From: Paraphysomonas bandaiensis
Lineage: Eukaryota > Protista > Chrysophyceae
Length of the DNA: 64,000 nt
Assembly: GCA_965644295.1 (NCBI GenBank)
Contig: CBFFRP010000185.1
Coordinates: 1 to 64,000, forward strand
Reading direction: 5' to 3'
The notes under the pieces were generated by a model, which was not told the origin of the DNA, did no database searches, and was given only the letters and a program-made list of their open reading frames with translations. Made by a program: the position numbers and the translations under genes. Of this stretch, positions 9,101 through 21,925 are shown one piece after another. Numbering within the stretch: position 1 is the first letter of the stretch; each line of letters opens with the position of its first letter.

Positions 9101-11235
9101 TTGAGGACAGTGGTGGAGAAGAAAACGCTGACGTTGTGAAAACGATTCTAAATTTTCGAACGACAGAGGGGCTTTCTCCTTTGCATTTAGCTGTACAAGC
9201 TGGAAATGCTCAAATTACGAAGTATTTGCTGGAGAAAGGGGTGGATGCTAACTGCAAGGATTTAAAAGGCTGCACGCCATTAGATATTCTGAAGCGTAAA
9301 CAAGAACGTGTAGGTAACGACATGGCGGAGAAACATGTTGCAGATTTAATGGACTGCATGAACGTACTGTACGAGCATGGGGCTGTTTGTAGACTACGAG
9401 CTGATTTACCGGTGGAACAAGATAGTGACGTCATCAAATTCTCTCGCGAAATGTACGGCAAGTACAGTGTTAAGTCCGCGACACTAAGCGCCATGGTGAA
9501 ACGGCTCTGTAACGAGCGCCTCTACTCTGATGAAGATGCCAGGGCTATTGCCCTTGCATATAAGGTCGTTTGCTCTGATATAGACTTTCTATTGCTAATA
9601 CGTGAAGAATTTGATGCCCTCGTGCGCTCTGTATGGAAGGCCCGGGCTGAGTCCTTGTCAGAGTCGCCAGTAATTGATGACACAATTGAACTCTTAAATG
9701 TGAACAACATGAATGACTGGGTGGAGGGAGATATACCCGAAGTTTGTAGCTCTCGTATTCGACGCCGCTCTTTATCTACAGAGATAGAGGACAGATCGCG
9801 ACCTATATGTGAAGATATTGACATGCCACATGCCGCAAGGGAAATTGGGAGTTCTAAACACATTTTCGACCATAGACCCTTTCACTATGAATGCGTAAAC
9901 AATACCGAAGATGGTATGGCAGTGCAAGACTCCTGCGATGACATTGGGGTTTTGTATCCAGGGGGCGTATTATCGCTCCTAATGATTTGGTTCAACCTCG
10001 TCAACTTCAATTCAGGTATTTTATTGGATTTATTCTGAGTTCTACAGTCTTATTAGTGGATGGTTTTGTTACTCTCTGCTTGATTATGCAGACTTGCTAC
10101 AGGCGCGGTTCGTTGATGCTGTAAAAGAATTTGCTACAGTAACACTTAAAACCTGTCCAGAGGAGCTTAGCAGAGAGAGTATCGTCTTTTTGCAGCGTGG
10201 CTTGGCTGAACAAAATACAGAGGTATCAATTTACTGACGGCATGTATGTGTGATAAAACATGATTAGGATCTTATCGACGGCTTTCGCTGTGTATATAGA
10301 AGCAAACAAAATCACTCCTCAACTGTAAGTAGGAAAGGTGCCTTTCGTCATTCAGAGATTGAAGCCATTGACAACATGCTCTTGGAACATTATGAAGAGA
10401 CTGTATGTAACCTAAAAGCCTTCAAATTGCTGGGTGTAGACAGTGCCAATTCCAAGCGCTTGGTGGGTATCCGTCCAATTGATTTCGTACAACAAGTGAC
10501 AGTTATGCAACATCACTTGTTCAAGAAAATTCCTCAGAGCGAACTACTTTCTCTGAAATATCGTTGTGCTGATATATGTCCGAATTTGAACAATATGAGG
10601 AATTGGAATACCGAGGTAATATATACTGATTCATCTTGGAAATGTGCGTAATTATTACGTCAAAGGTTACTCATTTTCTTATCAATGAAGTGCTACGATG
10701 CCCAGATGAGGGATCTCGAGTGCATGTCATATCGTATATTATAACCGCAGGATTTGCCGCGTTAGAAACAATGAATAATTTTGACTTTTGCGTTATTGTG
10801 CTCGGGGTATTGGAAAGCACTTCCATTTATAGACTGAAATCTACATGGGAGAAAGTAGAGAAGAGAATGCCTGGAAAACGAGCTTCGTTTAAGAAATCTT
10901 TGGGCATTGGTGGAAGAAATGTAACAGCATTGATGAAGAAGAGTACCCCTCCATTGATTCCTTATTTGGGACTCTACTTACAACAGATGATAAATCTGCA
11001 CGAAATCCCATCTATTGTTAAGGTCGAAAATTGTGCGGAGAATCACTTGAACGTATCGAAGTATAGGAAAATAGCGTCAATCATTCATGAGTTTCAGCAA
11101 GCCCAGAATGTATCTTACCGTATTGATTTTGATATGAATGTTCATAGGGTGATCCTTCAGACCCTACAGTGGCGAGATGAAGATGCTTTCCTGGCTCGAT
11201 CGAAAGAGATTGAGCCGCCAATTGTTCGAGCCTAG
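6130..11235 (+). CDS. Multi-domain RasGEF: N-terminal GD[YWF]-type repeats, PH-like domain, ankyrin repeats, REM, CDC25 domain
   Basis: Exons 6130-10015, 10092-10222, 10268-10615 and 10666-11235 splice in frame via GT-AG introns. Ankyrin motifs (GQTPLH, GNTPL, GLSPLHLA) and CDC25 motifs (NNF, IYRLKSTW, PPLIPYLGLYLQQM). The true 5' end may lie further upstream. Confidence 0.88.
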
Positions 11236-11739
11236 TGTTTGAGTTTGATATCAGTAAACTCGCAAAGAATGGAGAAAATGTAGCCTGTATATACTTCGAA
11301 GCATTGCTCTCTATATGTTACGTCGAAAATTGTAGTAGTGTTAGTTCTAAAATAAGGTTAGTTATGATTTCAATGTTTAGTATGATAGTTTATTTTGTGC
11401 CCGATGGTAATGTTGTTATCATCAACACCATTTCTATCTCTGCTATAAGGTTTAGTGAAAACACATTTTTAAATTCATTCGAAGCTACTTTAATTCTTAT
11501 TTTGCTTCAACAACAAACACCAATACATTTACCGATAGTCTCCCAGGGGGTATACCAACGTAGATAGTACCTGCGTTAGATATAACTATTGTATGTATTG
11601 AATGTTAGCAAAGGAGAATAAATGGTACGGTAGTTTCTATACTTCTACCTTAACAAAGCAAATACTTTCATAAACAGTGATAAAGTGTTTCTTAATTACA
11701 TATGAAACAATAAATGCACCTATTTTCTGTTCCTACTAC

Positions 11740-12182
11740 TTAGTTAATTGTAATTGCTATGCAATTGCTATTAATTGGGATGCGGACATAATTATGATTC
11801 AGACCTTCGAGAATGCTGTTGTGAAAGTCCAAAGCGGATTGGAGGACACTCTCACTGGACCTGAGACCTGAGAGGGCGCAGCTCAAACGTTTTCTGTTGG
11901 ACAGAACTGATGAAGATGAGAAAAAGTAAGATCTTGGTGAGAAGACACCAAGCGCACCAAGAACAAAAGCGACTACGCACTACCAAACCAACTAGTAAGT
12001 ACCGCTGCTTGAAGTATATTTACTCCACTAATGCTTTCAGAAGAGCAAAAATCAACATGAGTGATCTGCGCAAATCTATGACACCTCATCGATTGGAGGG
12101 CTTTATGTTCTTGCGCTTTAATAGACTTTTGTGGAATGCAAAAGCGGTAGAAGGCGCTACTCGTGCTTGTAGTGAGCACTAA
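11740..12182 (+). pseudogene. Degenerate hAT-type transposase 3' fragment
   Basis: FENAVVKVQSG...KYRCLKYIYSTN...RAKINMSDLRKSMTPHRLEGFMFLRFNRLLW resembles the hAT C-terminal dimerisation region; frameshifted. Closely similar DNA lies at 36650-37035 (-). Confidence 0.75.
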
Positions 12183-12514
12183 GGTAATTAGACAATAACT
12201 TGATAACTCATCACCTTCTCTGTTGAGGTTTGATCACTCTGGAGGATCAATATCATCAATAATAGGCAAGTGGTAATGGCTAATATTGTTTTATTCTGGT
12301 GCATACTTTCCACCCACGTTCATGTATGTATGGCAAGAGCTGTCAAAACAGCATCTTAGTTGGTATACCAACGTAATAATACATTTCGCCGTTCACCTAT
12401 ATCATATATTATATGTATACATTTAGCACATTAGTGTGATCATGGAGTAGACTCTTACACTGATATATCGTAGTAGGTAGTAGCATAAAGGTTGTTGCGT
12501 TGCCGACATCGTGA

Positions 12515-12554
12515 GTCTTACACGCCTATTGCTAATAATCAGACATTCACTACT
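12515..12554 (+). repeat. Short fragment of dispersed LTR-like repeat family
   Basis: gtcttacacgcctattgctaataatcagacattcactact is nearly identical to the reverse complement of 54880-54920. Confidence 0.7.
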
Positions 12555-12927
12555 GTCGATTTCGACATTGGTAGCATCACCAGACACAATATAATAATAA
12601 TTAATGCACTCTCTGCAGTATCTCTCTCAACGAAACAATATGACATAAGCCCTCTATAGCATTGATGCTGCAACAGCATGAAGGCCTCCGTAGGTAGAGT
12701 AATAGGGGCCATGGAGCAATACCAGAGAGTAAAAAAAATTGGAGTAAAGAGTAAAATTATAGAAAAGTGTAAATATACAGGCTCTCTATCTACCAGATGA
12801 CATTTCACACAGCGGATAAACTTACAACAATTATCCTTGCACTAAAATATCATAAGTACAGTGCATGTACAAAATATATATCAATACTGTTCACACATAA
12901 GTATTCGACAAGCTATTGTAATGATAT

Positions 12928-15900
12928 CTATGATTGTTCACTACATATACTTTTTCGGTTTTCGAGAAGTAGTTTTTCCCAAGACTTCATTGCATCATCG
13001 ACAGTCTCATCTGCGATATCGTCCGCACGGGCAGAGAACACATCCCAGATACACACTCGTCCGACATGGGTGCCAGCCATTAACTGCTGCCCATCGGGGC
13101 TTAAAGCCAACGAACAGAAACCGCGCTCGTTTCCGGAGAATGATCGGACAACAGATCCTGTGTGGATATCCCACACAGTTATGTAGTTGTCAGAGGCTGC
13201 CGATATTACCGTACGCCCATCGCTGCTAATGCACATGCAAGTGACAGAACCATCGTGAACTAGCTGGGAGCAAACTGTAGTGCCCATTTGTTTCCGTGTC
13301 CTCCATATTTTCACTGTACAGTCCTTTGAGCCTGATAGCAGTGTTTCGCCGTCTGGACTGAACAACACTGACGTCACAGTATCGATGTGAGACTCAATGG
13401 ATTGAATATTTACGAACTCTTTATCTTCTATGTTCCACACAATAAGACACTTGAAGCATCCTGCCGCCACTTTTGATCCATCCTCACTGAAGCACAACGA
13501 CGATACTGCCAAATCCGTACGAACAAGAGACAACAACACACCATTCTTGAAGTCCCATAGACAGACCGTGCGATCCATGGACCCCGACAGCAAATATGTC
13601 CCGCTCATGTTTGTACACAGCGCCGTGATTCTATCAGAATGCCCCACTAAATCGAAGGATTTTCCACCTTTTAATATATTCCAAACACACAATGAGGAGT
13701 TACGATGTCCCAGAACTATTTCTAGTGTGACGGCGTTGATACATACACAGGATGCCCTCTGAAGACCGGATACAGTATATTGGGCAATCAAAGAGCCATC
13801 TGAAACACGCCACAAGCATACAGTCTCGTCTACAGAAACGGACACTGCTGTACTTCCGTCAGTACTATAGCAGACATCCATAATTCTGTACTGATGACCA
13901 ACATACGATGTGAGTTGCAAAGTGTTGGTGCTGATGCAGTTTCCATCTGTAACTTGATTTTCACGCAGAGCAAAACATGTCTCCCACAAACGAATCGTAC
14001 AGTCGCTTGATCCAGATACTATGTAGTGTCCGTGTCTACTGAAACTCACGGATTGAACACAATCCCGATGCAAAGATAACTGAGATAAAACCCGACCCAC
14101 CGTAGCATCCCACACATATATTATCGAGGCGGCTGATGACACTATCTGAGAGTCATCAGAAGGATTGTAACAAACAGCCGTCACTGGCCCGCCATGTTCA
14201 AGAATGTGCAAGACATACGACAAATCAGTATCGGACGTCAGTTTCCACAATTTTACTGTATCATCACACGAACCCGTGGCAAGGCAGTCTCCACCTGAGC
14301 TGAAAGATAAGCACGTGACCCTTTTAGAGTGGCTTTCGATTCCGTCGAGAATGTTGGTCAAAACACCTGTGCTACAGTCCCATAGTCTGACACTCATATC
14401 TGTAGACCCTGATGCGATAAATTTCCCGCTAGGACTAAAGCGTGCAGTAAGTACTTCGCTCTTGTGCCCCTTCAATACGTAAACTTCGCTTCCAGTAAAT
14501 GAATTCCAGATACGAACAGTCGCGTCTAGAGCAGCAGATACCAACTTCGAGCTATCAGGACTGAAGGCCACACATGCTACCGAATTAGTATGGCCACTAA
14601 TAGAGTGCATCAGCTCCCCTGTAGTGACATCCCATAAAGATATGATGCCGTTTTGACATGCTGATGCAATCGCACGACCATCCGGACTGATATCTACAGA
14701 TGTCACAGGCGCACTCTGCCCAGAAATATCTAATTTTGCACTTCCAGACGAAATATCCCACACGCCAATTGCACCAGTTGATGTCCCAGATACAACAAAA
14801 TTTTCATCACTATTGCAGCACACTGATACAACTGTATCCGTATGTTCATCAATCACATTCATACATGATTCAAAATCCTCTGGACCACCCAGCAGTTTAC
14901 ATCGAAGCCAGTGGGTTGCTGAAATATCAGAAATGCGGGTGTTAGCAACGTACTGAGACAGGCAAAAAACAACATCTGCTTTCACAAGAGATATGTTGGG
15001 CTGATTGTAACTTGTACGGATAGTATGAAAAGAAGGGTTTAGTAATAACGTACTGCCGTCGCGGCGTAGCCAACGGATATAGTGCTCTACGAGTTGAGAC
15101 TGTGGTAGAGCTCTGTACAGGTCTTCTAATTCACTGATTAATACCGAAATATTTTTGCATTTAGCCCGCGCGCAAGTTCCTTCAATTGTACAGAGCTCTA
15201 CAACTGCTTCGCTATACATACCAGCAGCTATCATATGGTGACCTGCTTCAACGCACCGACGTGAGTTAATTTGGGCATCATCGAACCATACACACATAGA
15301 TGATTCACCATTAAGCACTAACGGCTGTGGAGCAATACGTTGAGCCCGCTCCACACCAGAGGGTAGCGATGAAATCAGATTTCCGAAGTATTTTGCCAGA
15401 GTCGAATGCAACATGTGCTGCATATGTGCGTATCTCCGCCGTGCTACTTCTTTCACTTTTTGATGGCGCCATACCCATTGCCCCTCACCAACATCTATCA
15501 GTAACGAACTGGCAGCAAAGAGCACAGGATGCCACACATGGGTTGGAATTCGTGGCGCAGAGTTGTAACTCCGGATCACATTCATCACATCAGGATAAAG
15601 AGACAGGAGGTCCTCGAATTCGCTCTCACGAATTCCACGGACAGAGTATGAAATCAGACCTAGAGTCACACTTGTCAAGTATATGCCCTCCATCTTTTCA
15701 ATATTCTCCATAATCTGATTAATTAATCCACTTACACCAGGAGAAAGTACACATCCATCGCATTCTGGTTTATCCTCGCTCGACCACTTTCCCACTACAG
15801 TAGTTGCCAAAGAGAGGTACAGCATTGTCGGTTCATAAGACACTTGCTCCATCACATAATACAACTGGTTAGGTGTAACAGTTCGGTTACTCGAATTTAA

Positions 15901-18260
15901 AATTCCTAATAGTAATGACTTTATACTACGGTCGTAATCAACCATCTCACCACCCTCATCTTTATTAAGTGATGGTACTCGAATTATTGGAACCCCACTC
16001 CGTTTCAATTTGGTTGCACATCCGTAAAACTCTATCCATTCCCCATTGCTCAAATCTCGCTTGTCCGGGAGAGTTGATACCACTATACGGGTATCATGAT
16101 GAGGGATTACATGTTTAAGAAAACTAAGGTCACTACGTGCCAAGTTGGTGTCGTCAAGCCTATCCAGGGCATCAATAAATAGAACAACAGGGAAATCCGC
16201 TAATAGCTTATGAAAGTAACGTACAGTTTCTACGTAAGATAGCTTCGACATGTCTGCATCAAAAGCAAGACCCATCGTTAGGTGAATTTGATGGCAAATT
16301 CCACGGACAAGCTCAATTCCCGATAAGGAACCCGGCGTATCCCCACAGTGCCGAATAATTACTGGTCGACTATATAAGTGTTGGGACTTGTACACTGTGT
16401 CTGCAAGTTTAGCCATGAGAGCAGACTTCCCAGTTCCGGACTCTCCAATAACCGCCAATGTAATTCGGCTAAAAGGGCGAAAGTGAGTCCGTTTCAAGTC
16501 ATTTCTATCTCGCTTTCTCCTAGGAGAAAAGGATGAAGGTTGGCTGGAGGGAGGTTCCTTAGGAACGGATATACTATGATTTTGCAATGAGGACTGAGAG
16601 AGAGATTGTTCATCACACGTATGCATTGTACTCATTCGTCTTGCCGGGGTGAGCGTAACAGAGTCCTGCGCAGACAGTTGAGATGCATGCATAGAAAACT
16701 CATCAGTTTTCTTCCGGCGGATTGACGGCGGCTCCACTATTGACGACGAGCGTTCTGATACCTGTCGGCGAGGAGGGGCATTCGCCAGCGAGGACAGCCT
16801 CCTGACAGGGGATAAGATTGAGAGACGGGGGGATAATGTTTGGGCACGGTATAAAGATGGATCGCGACCTGGAGGAGCGACGCTCATCAAAGACTGCTCA
16901 GTTGAGGCTAAGGAGCGGGAAGATCGGTGTAATAATGGGGTCACAGACACTTCACTGGGAAGTGTGGACGACCGACGAGGTCGGGACTGTATATGCGGCT
17001 GGACGGATGAGGAGCGCCGCACATCCACAGTGGACGCGGGATCAGTTATAGACACGCCGCCATTTCCTACATTCAGAGAACAAATTGATGCAGTGTTAGT
17101 CATTGGTCCACTACACCCAGGAGGTGCAAATATAACAGCAAGGGCGTTTTGTAGCAAACTGTGGCGCCCTTGGAAAATGGTGCAATGCTCACACGCAATC
17201 TCGCAGTGGTACAACATCTCCTCCGCCACCAAGCCTGGAACTCCCAATCCCAATCCATTATGGTGCCACTGATACCTCAGACGCACAGTTGCGTTAAGAG
17301 ATCTCATCAACACATCAGCCATTCCATCTCTCCATTTCTTCAACGATCTGGGAAGTTCTAATATGTGGTGAAATCTAAGTTCATTTCGTATCCAATGACG
17401 TAACTTGGTTAGAGCTTCCTCACACCGCCCTTCACTCTTACCATTCTCTTTTTCAGCGCTAAGGCTCCGACATATCCACCTAGTATGTAGTGCGGCATTA
17501 GATATTGCCAATTTCGCCTCCCATTCCAAAATTCCACGACCAATTGTAATACCAGGACTGACAGTAACTCCCTGCATAGCAAACTGAAGAAGCGGAAAAC
17601 TCCTTTCCCACTCCGGACCAGATACATCGTTACGAAGAACGTACTCAGGAGGCGTTGCATTAGCATCCACTGTGTACCACTGTCGCCAAAGGACATGTCC
17701 TGCATCATTGAGCCGTGATAGAAGCCGGTCCTGAGCGTGTTGAGCCACGCGGCGGGGAAGAGTGCATGTGCCATACCTGTCAATATCGCATAAATAAATG
17801 CGTAAGAGTAATTACATACGACTTACGTATCAGATAGAAATGTTACAAACGAGAGATCTGCTGAAGTTTTCATACAAAATTCAATTTCTCTTCGACTGTT
17901 ACACCAATCTCGAGTAGCATTCTTCGATGCACCCCACCTGAACCCTATCAACGGACTGTGACGCAGATACACCTCCACTCACCATGTGTCTACTACAGAT
18001 AAGCTCACATCGTGTCGCCTTCCTCTGATGTTAATGTCGGGCACAATGTCATCATGAAGCATCGTCCTTTCAGCGTCCGATATATCTGAAGGCGCATCAT
18101 CACATATCTATATACGAGAGTATACCATCCACATATACACACCATCTCGAGAAGAGGAGAGAAACACAGATATCTTCCACCGGGGACTCACCCACTCACA
18201 CGCATCGTGCTCGTCACAGAAGCCCCCTCTCAGAACCGCTGCACGCACCTCTCTATGCAT
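12928..18260 (-). CDS. NWD-type STAND NTPase: DUF4062-like N-terminus, NACHT/AAA, WD40 repeats
   Basis: Walker A GESGTGKS, Walker B VLFIDALD, and about 14 WD40 repeats. Upstream exons not in the track give KISVFLSSS...AERTML...VVDTWWG...REIEFC...FVTFLSDTYG..LP, a DUF4062-like signature. Introns at about 17777-17826, 17938-17982 and 18107-18140. The start codon is uncertain. Confidence 0.88.
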
Positions 18261-18384
18261 ATAGGCGATCAGAACCCCCACACACTCCTGTCGTGACTAC
18301 AGCTGAAGAGAGATAACACTTCCTGGATCCAAAACAACACGAAACTTCAAAATAATGATACATGTATGTACCACCTACATTCAT

Positions 18385-18900
18385 ATACATACATACATAC
18401 ATACATACATACATACATACATACATACATACATACATACATACATACATACATACATACATACATACATACATACATACATACATACATACATACCTAC
18501 CTACCTACCTACCTACCTACCTACCTACCTACCTACCTATCCACATACATACATACATACATACATACATACATACATACATACATACATACATACATAC
18601 ATACATACATACATACATACATACATACATACATACATACATACATACATACATACATACATACATACATACATACATACATACATACATACATACATAC
18701 CTACATACATACATACATACATACATACATACATACATACATACATACATACATACATACATACATACATACATACCTACATACATACATACATACATAC
18801 ATACATACATACATACATACATACATACATACATACATACATACATACATACATACATACATACATACATACATACATACATACATACATACATACATAC
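18385..18900. repeat. (TACA)n microsatellite of about 520 bp with an internal (TACC)n block
   Basis: Direct observation. Confidence 0.98.
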
Positions 18901-19073
18901 GTACTCTGTATATGTATGTACGTATGTATGTAGGTGGTATCCAGTATCCGGTCCAGAGAGTGATGGTGAAGCAGCACGCAACATGAATGTGGTCCTCCTG
19001 CTGCACAAATTCCGGGTACTGTTTCCAGGTGCTTGAAATGAGTTATTCTGACGAATTTTAGCAGAATCATCAG

Positions 19074-20270
19074 ATGAATAAGAAAAGTAGGCGCCGGTAC
19101 CAAGCAACCAGTGCTCTCATCCAGAGTCAGGATGCGAAGCAATCACGGAAATCTAGAGTATACATTGTCCTTTGTTTCGGGGTTATTGCAGCTCTCATTG
19201 TTATGATAGCTTTGCTTGTTGGCTACATCTCAATTCTAACAAACCAGTTATCTCGTCATAACACATCTGTGGCAGTTATCAAATTGAATGGAACTTCTGG
19301 GCAAGCGTCTTCCGCAACAAGTGCTTTGGAGCTCCAGAACAGTACACTACCACTCAAGCATTACAATGGTGTTGCTGTGACGTTGATGTTGGGGTCTCCA
19401 AAGTGGTTCCAACAGCGTTATTCGGTTATGATAAATCAAATATATGCCTTCATTCCATCCGATTGGATAATACAGATTTTTTACATACGTAACAATAAAA
19501 TGTCTGAAGAAGCGATCCGTTACCCTGGGTTGCAACGAAGAGTCCAGGCAGGACAGGTAATGCTAACCCCACTTCCATTAAGCATGGGAGGACATATGAA
19601 GCGGAAAGATCTCATGAGAGACCCCTGGCTATGGGAGTCAATGGCAGCTGATAGGGTGCTAATGTTTGGAGGGAACTCAGCTCTATGCGCGAACTCCCCG
19701 GTAGGTCTAAAAGATTTTGCCCATTATGATTATGTCGGAGCTCCTTGGTCTATTCTCCGTGGACGTGGAGGTTCCGGAGAGCTCAGTCTTCGAAGCCGAG
19801 GAGCAGTACTTGAGTTCCTTAAAAGCAGAAGGGAGAAAAAGGAACCTGAAGACGTGGCGTTAGTGAAAGCGTTAAAGAATGTAGCACCACGAGAGGTAAC
19901 ATTTGTAAGCTTATATTGGTTGACTTAACGATTGATATTATATCAACTAGGTGACCCACCAGTTTGCAGCGTCCTCTGCTGGTGGAAGTCTCTACCCAAT
20001 GGGTATTTCAGGCACTCTCGGAGGTGTTACTCTATTTATTTTGATATATCTGAATTAATGCTATACGATTGAATAGGACTGAATGACTCAATGCGCGCGC
20101 ATTATATTGACTACTGTCCAGAAATTAAGATGCTTTTTCCGGTGCTACACAGTGGGAGCTGCTTTGGTGCGTCTCCAAACCCACGATTGTGTTTTGAATA
20201 TCTCTGTGAGCACGGCGGCCTCCATTGCCAATCAGGTGACGCTGAGAAATGGATCTCGACGAACAAATGA
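19074..20270 (+). CDS. DUF5672-family protein with N-terminal membrane anchor (glycosyltransferase-like)
   Basis: TM helix, then DRVLMF, YDYVGAPW, GGSGELSLR, PEDV and YCPE in the last exon. Two short introns at about 19896-19950 and 20025-20077. Confidence 0.78.
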
Positions 20271-21925
20271 GCTATGTTTGCGCGTGAGATAGTATCGTGT
20301 TAAGTGATGTACATATTATGTGGTTCGTGTGGACAGTGAGAATAGTGTATATATTTAACAGAAAGTCATGTTGAGTAATATGTAATATTGGTCAGTTATG
20401 ATTCTCACGGCATTATTGTGTTATGTAGTGTGTGTGATTCTGAGCAAAAACTGTGTATTGCTTGGTAGTTTGATTCAGTCAAGTAGTGCTAATATTTAAC
20501 CATGAACATAGAGCACAAATACATGCAGTCCGTTCGTGCACTAAACTATTCGGCTATTCGGACGTCAATTTTCAACATTCACAATATGCCGCTTGAACAT
20601 CGTTGATAACTCAACAAAAAGCATATTCATAATTTTATACATGAATAAAATTTCATCATCTTTGATATCACCAAAAAATAGTTTAGAAAAAGTTAAAATT
20701 ATATTGTGCAAATGAGAAAAATTAAGAAACTACGTTACTCTTGATCTTTTTCTCGTTTTACTACCTAGCTACCTAAAATGAGCTTCTGTACTTCTTCCTT
20801 TAGCTTCACTCTCCTGAATAAATTATCCTGCTCAAGATGAGTAGTGTGGTTATGTGTTTCCAGATTTCTTGCCAAATAGGTCTCCAAAAGTAGGCGATAT
20901 CAGCTTCCAGCCAGTGATGACCGCAGTCAAGCACGTGAGTATCCTTGTTGCGGAAGTCCCTATAAGACTCTTTCAACCTTTTGCACAGGAGAACTTCTGA
21001 TGACTAGGTGAGAGTATAAGGCGCAAAATTTAGACTAGATCTTGGGGAACTGGACTCATTATATCCACGAATACAAGACATTCCCTCTGCTCAATTTCGG
21101 AGTAATCGGGCATACCACTGAATCTTCAGTCTTCAGAATGACTGTCTGACTGTTGTACAGCTTAATGATGCCTTCGATTAGCACTTCAATCACAGATCCT
21201 GGATTGCAGTTTTGTAGCTGGAAGTGGCCAGGCCATCCATCAGTGTACAGGTCCGTCTCCAGCCGGATGAGGTAACCAATGAAGAGGAATGAGTAGACCG
21301 GACCGGGCAATGGGTAGCAGGCGCAGATGTGTTGGGTCTCTCAGTGTCTGAACTCTCTCCACATGCACTTGTCCACCGCAATTACTGCCGTCTCGCAGAA
21401 GTGGAATGGGGCGTTGGGTAAGCGGAGAATAGGGATACAATAGACATATGGCGATTAGGTCGGTATCGACATATGTAACCTCTACACGAGATATGCATGC
21501 ATAGATACTGCTTTGTGCTGTATAGCTACCTATATATGCAGATAGGTGATCAGATGTGGTACTATAGGGACATACACCACACACCTTGGAGACTTTTTTG
21601 ACAAGTGAGAGCAAAAAACGTCTCCTTGGTATACTGCTGTACAGCCATAGTAGGAATTCCTACCAGTACACTACACTACACTACACTACACTGCTGTACC
21701 TACCACAGCATACAGCCAGCGGCCAGAGTTCTGTTTTTGTGTATACAGTATATACATTACCGTATTCTAATATACAGTACGGACGATCGTATTTCAGTTA
21801 CTGGTATGTCACGCATTTCTCGCTGTTTGGCTCTTGTTTGTCAACTGTCCATAATAGTGGACAGCACATGACACTATTAAGACATACTTTGATCTATTTT
21901 ACAAGATAATTGCCGTAGTAACATT

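Noticed and set aside
18253-19142. HTYI/MYVC-repeat ORFs
   Set aside because: Translations of the (TACA)n microsatellite.
20740-21430. Coding-like decayed segment containing YTDGWPGH (Merlin/IS1595- or RNase H-like)
   Set aside because: Only one motif, with no TIRs or other catalytic motifs found.
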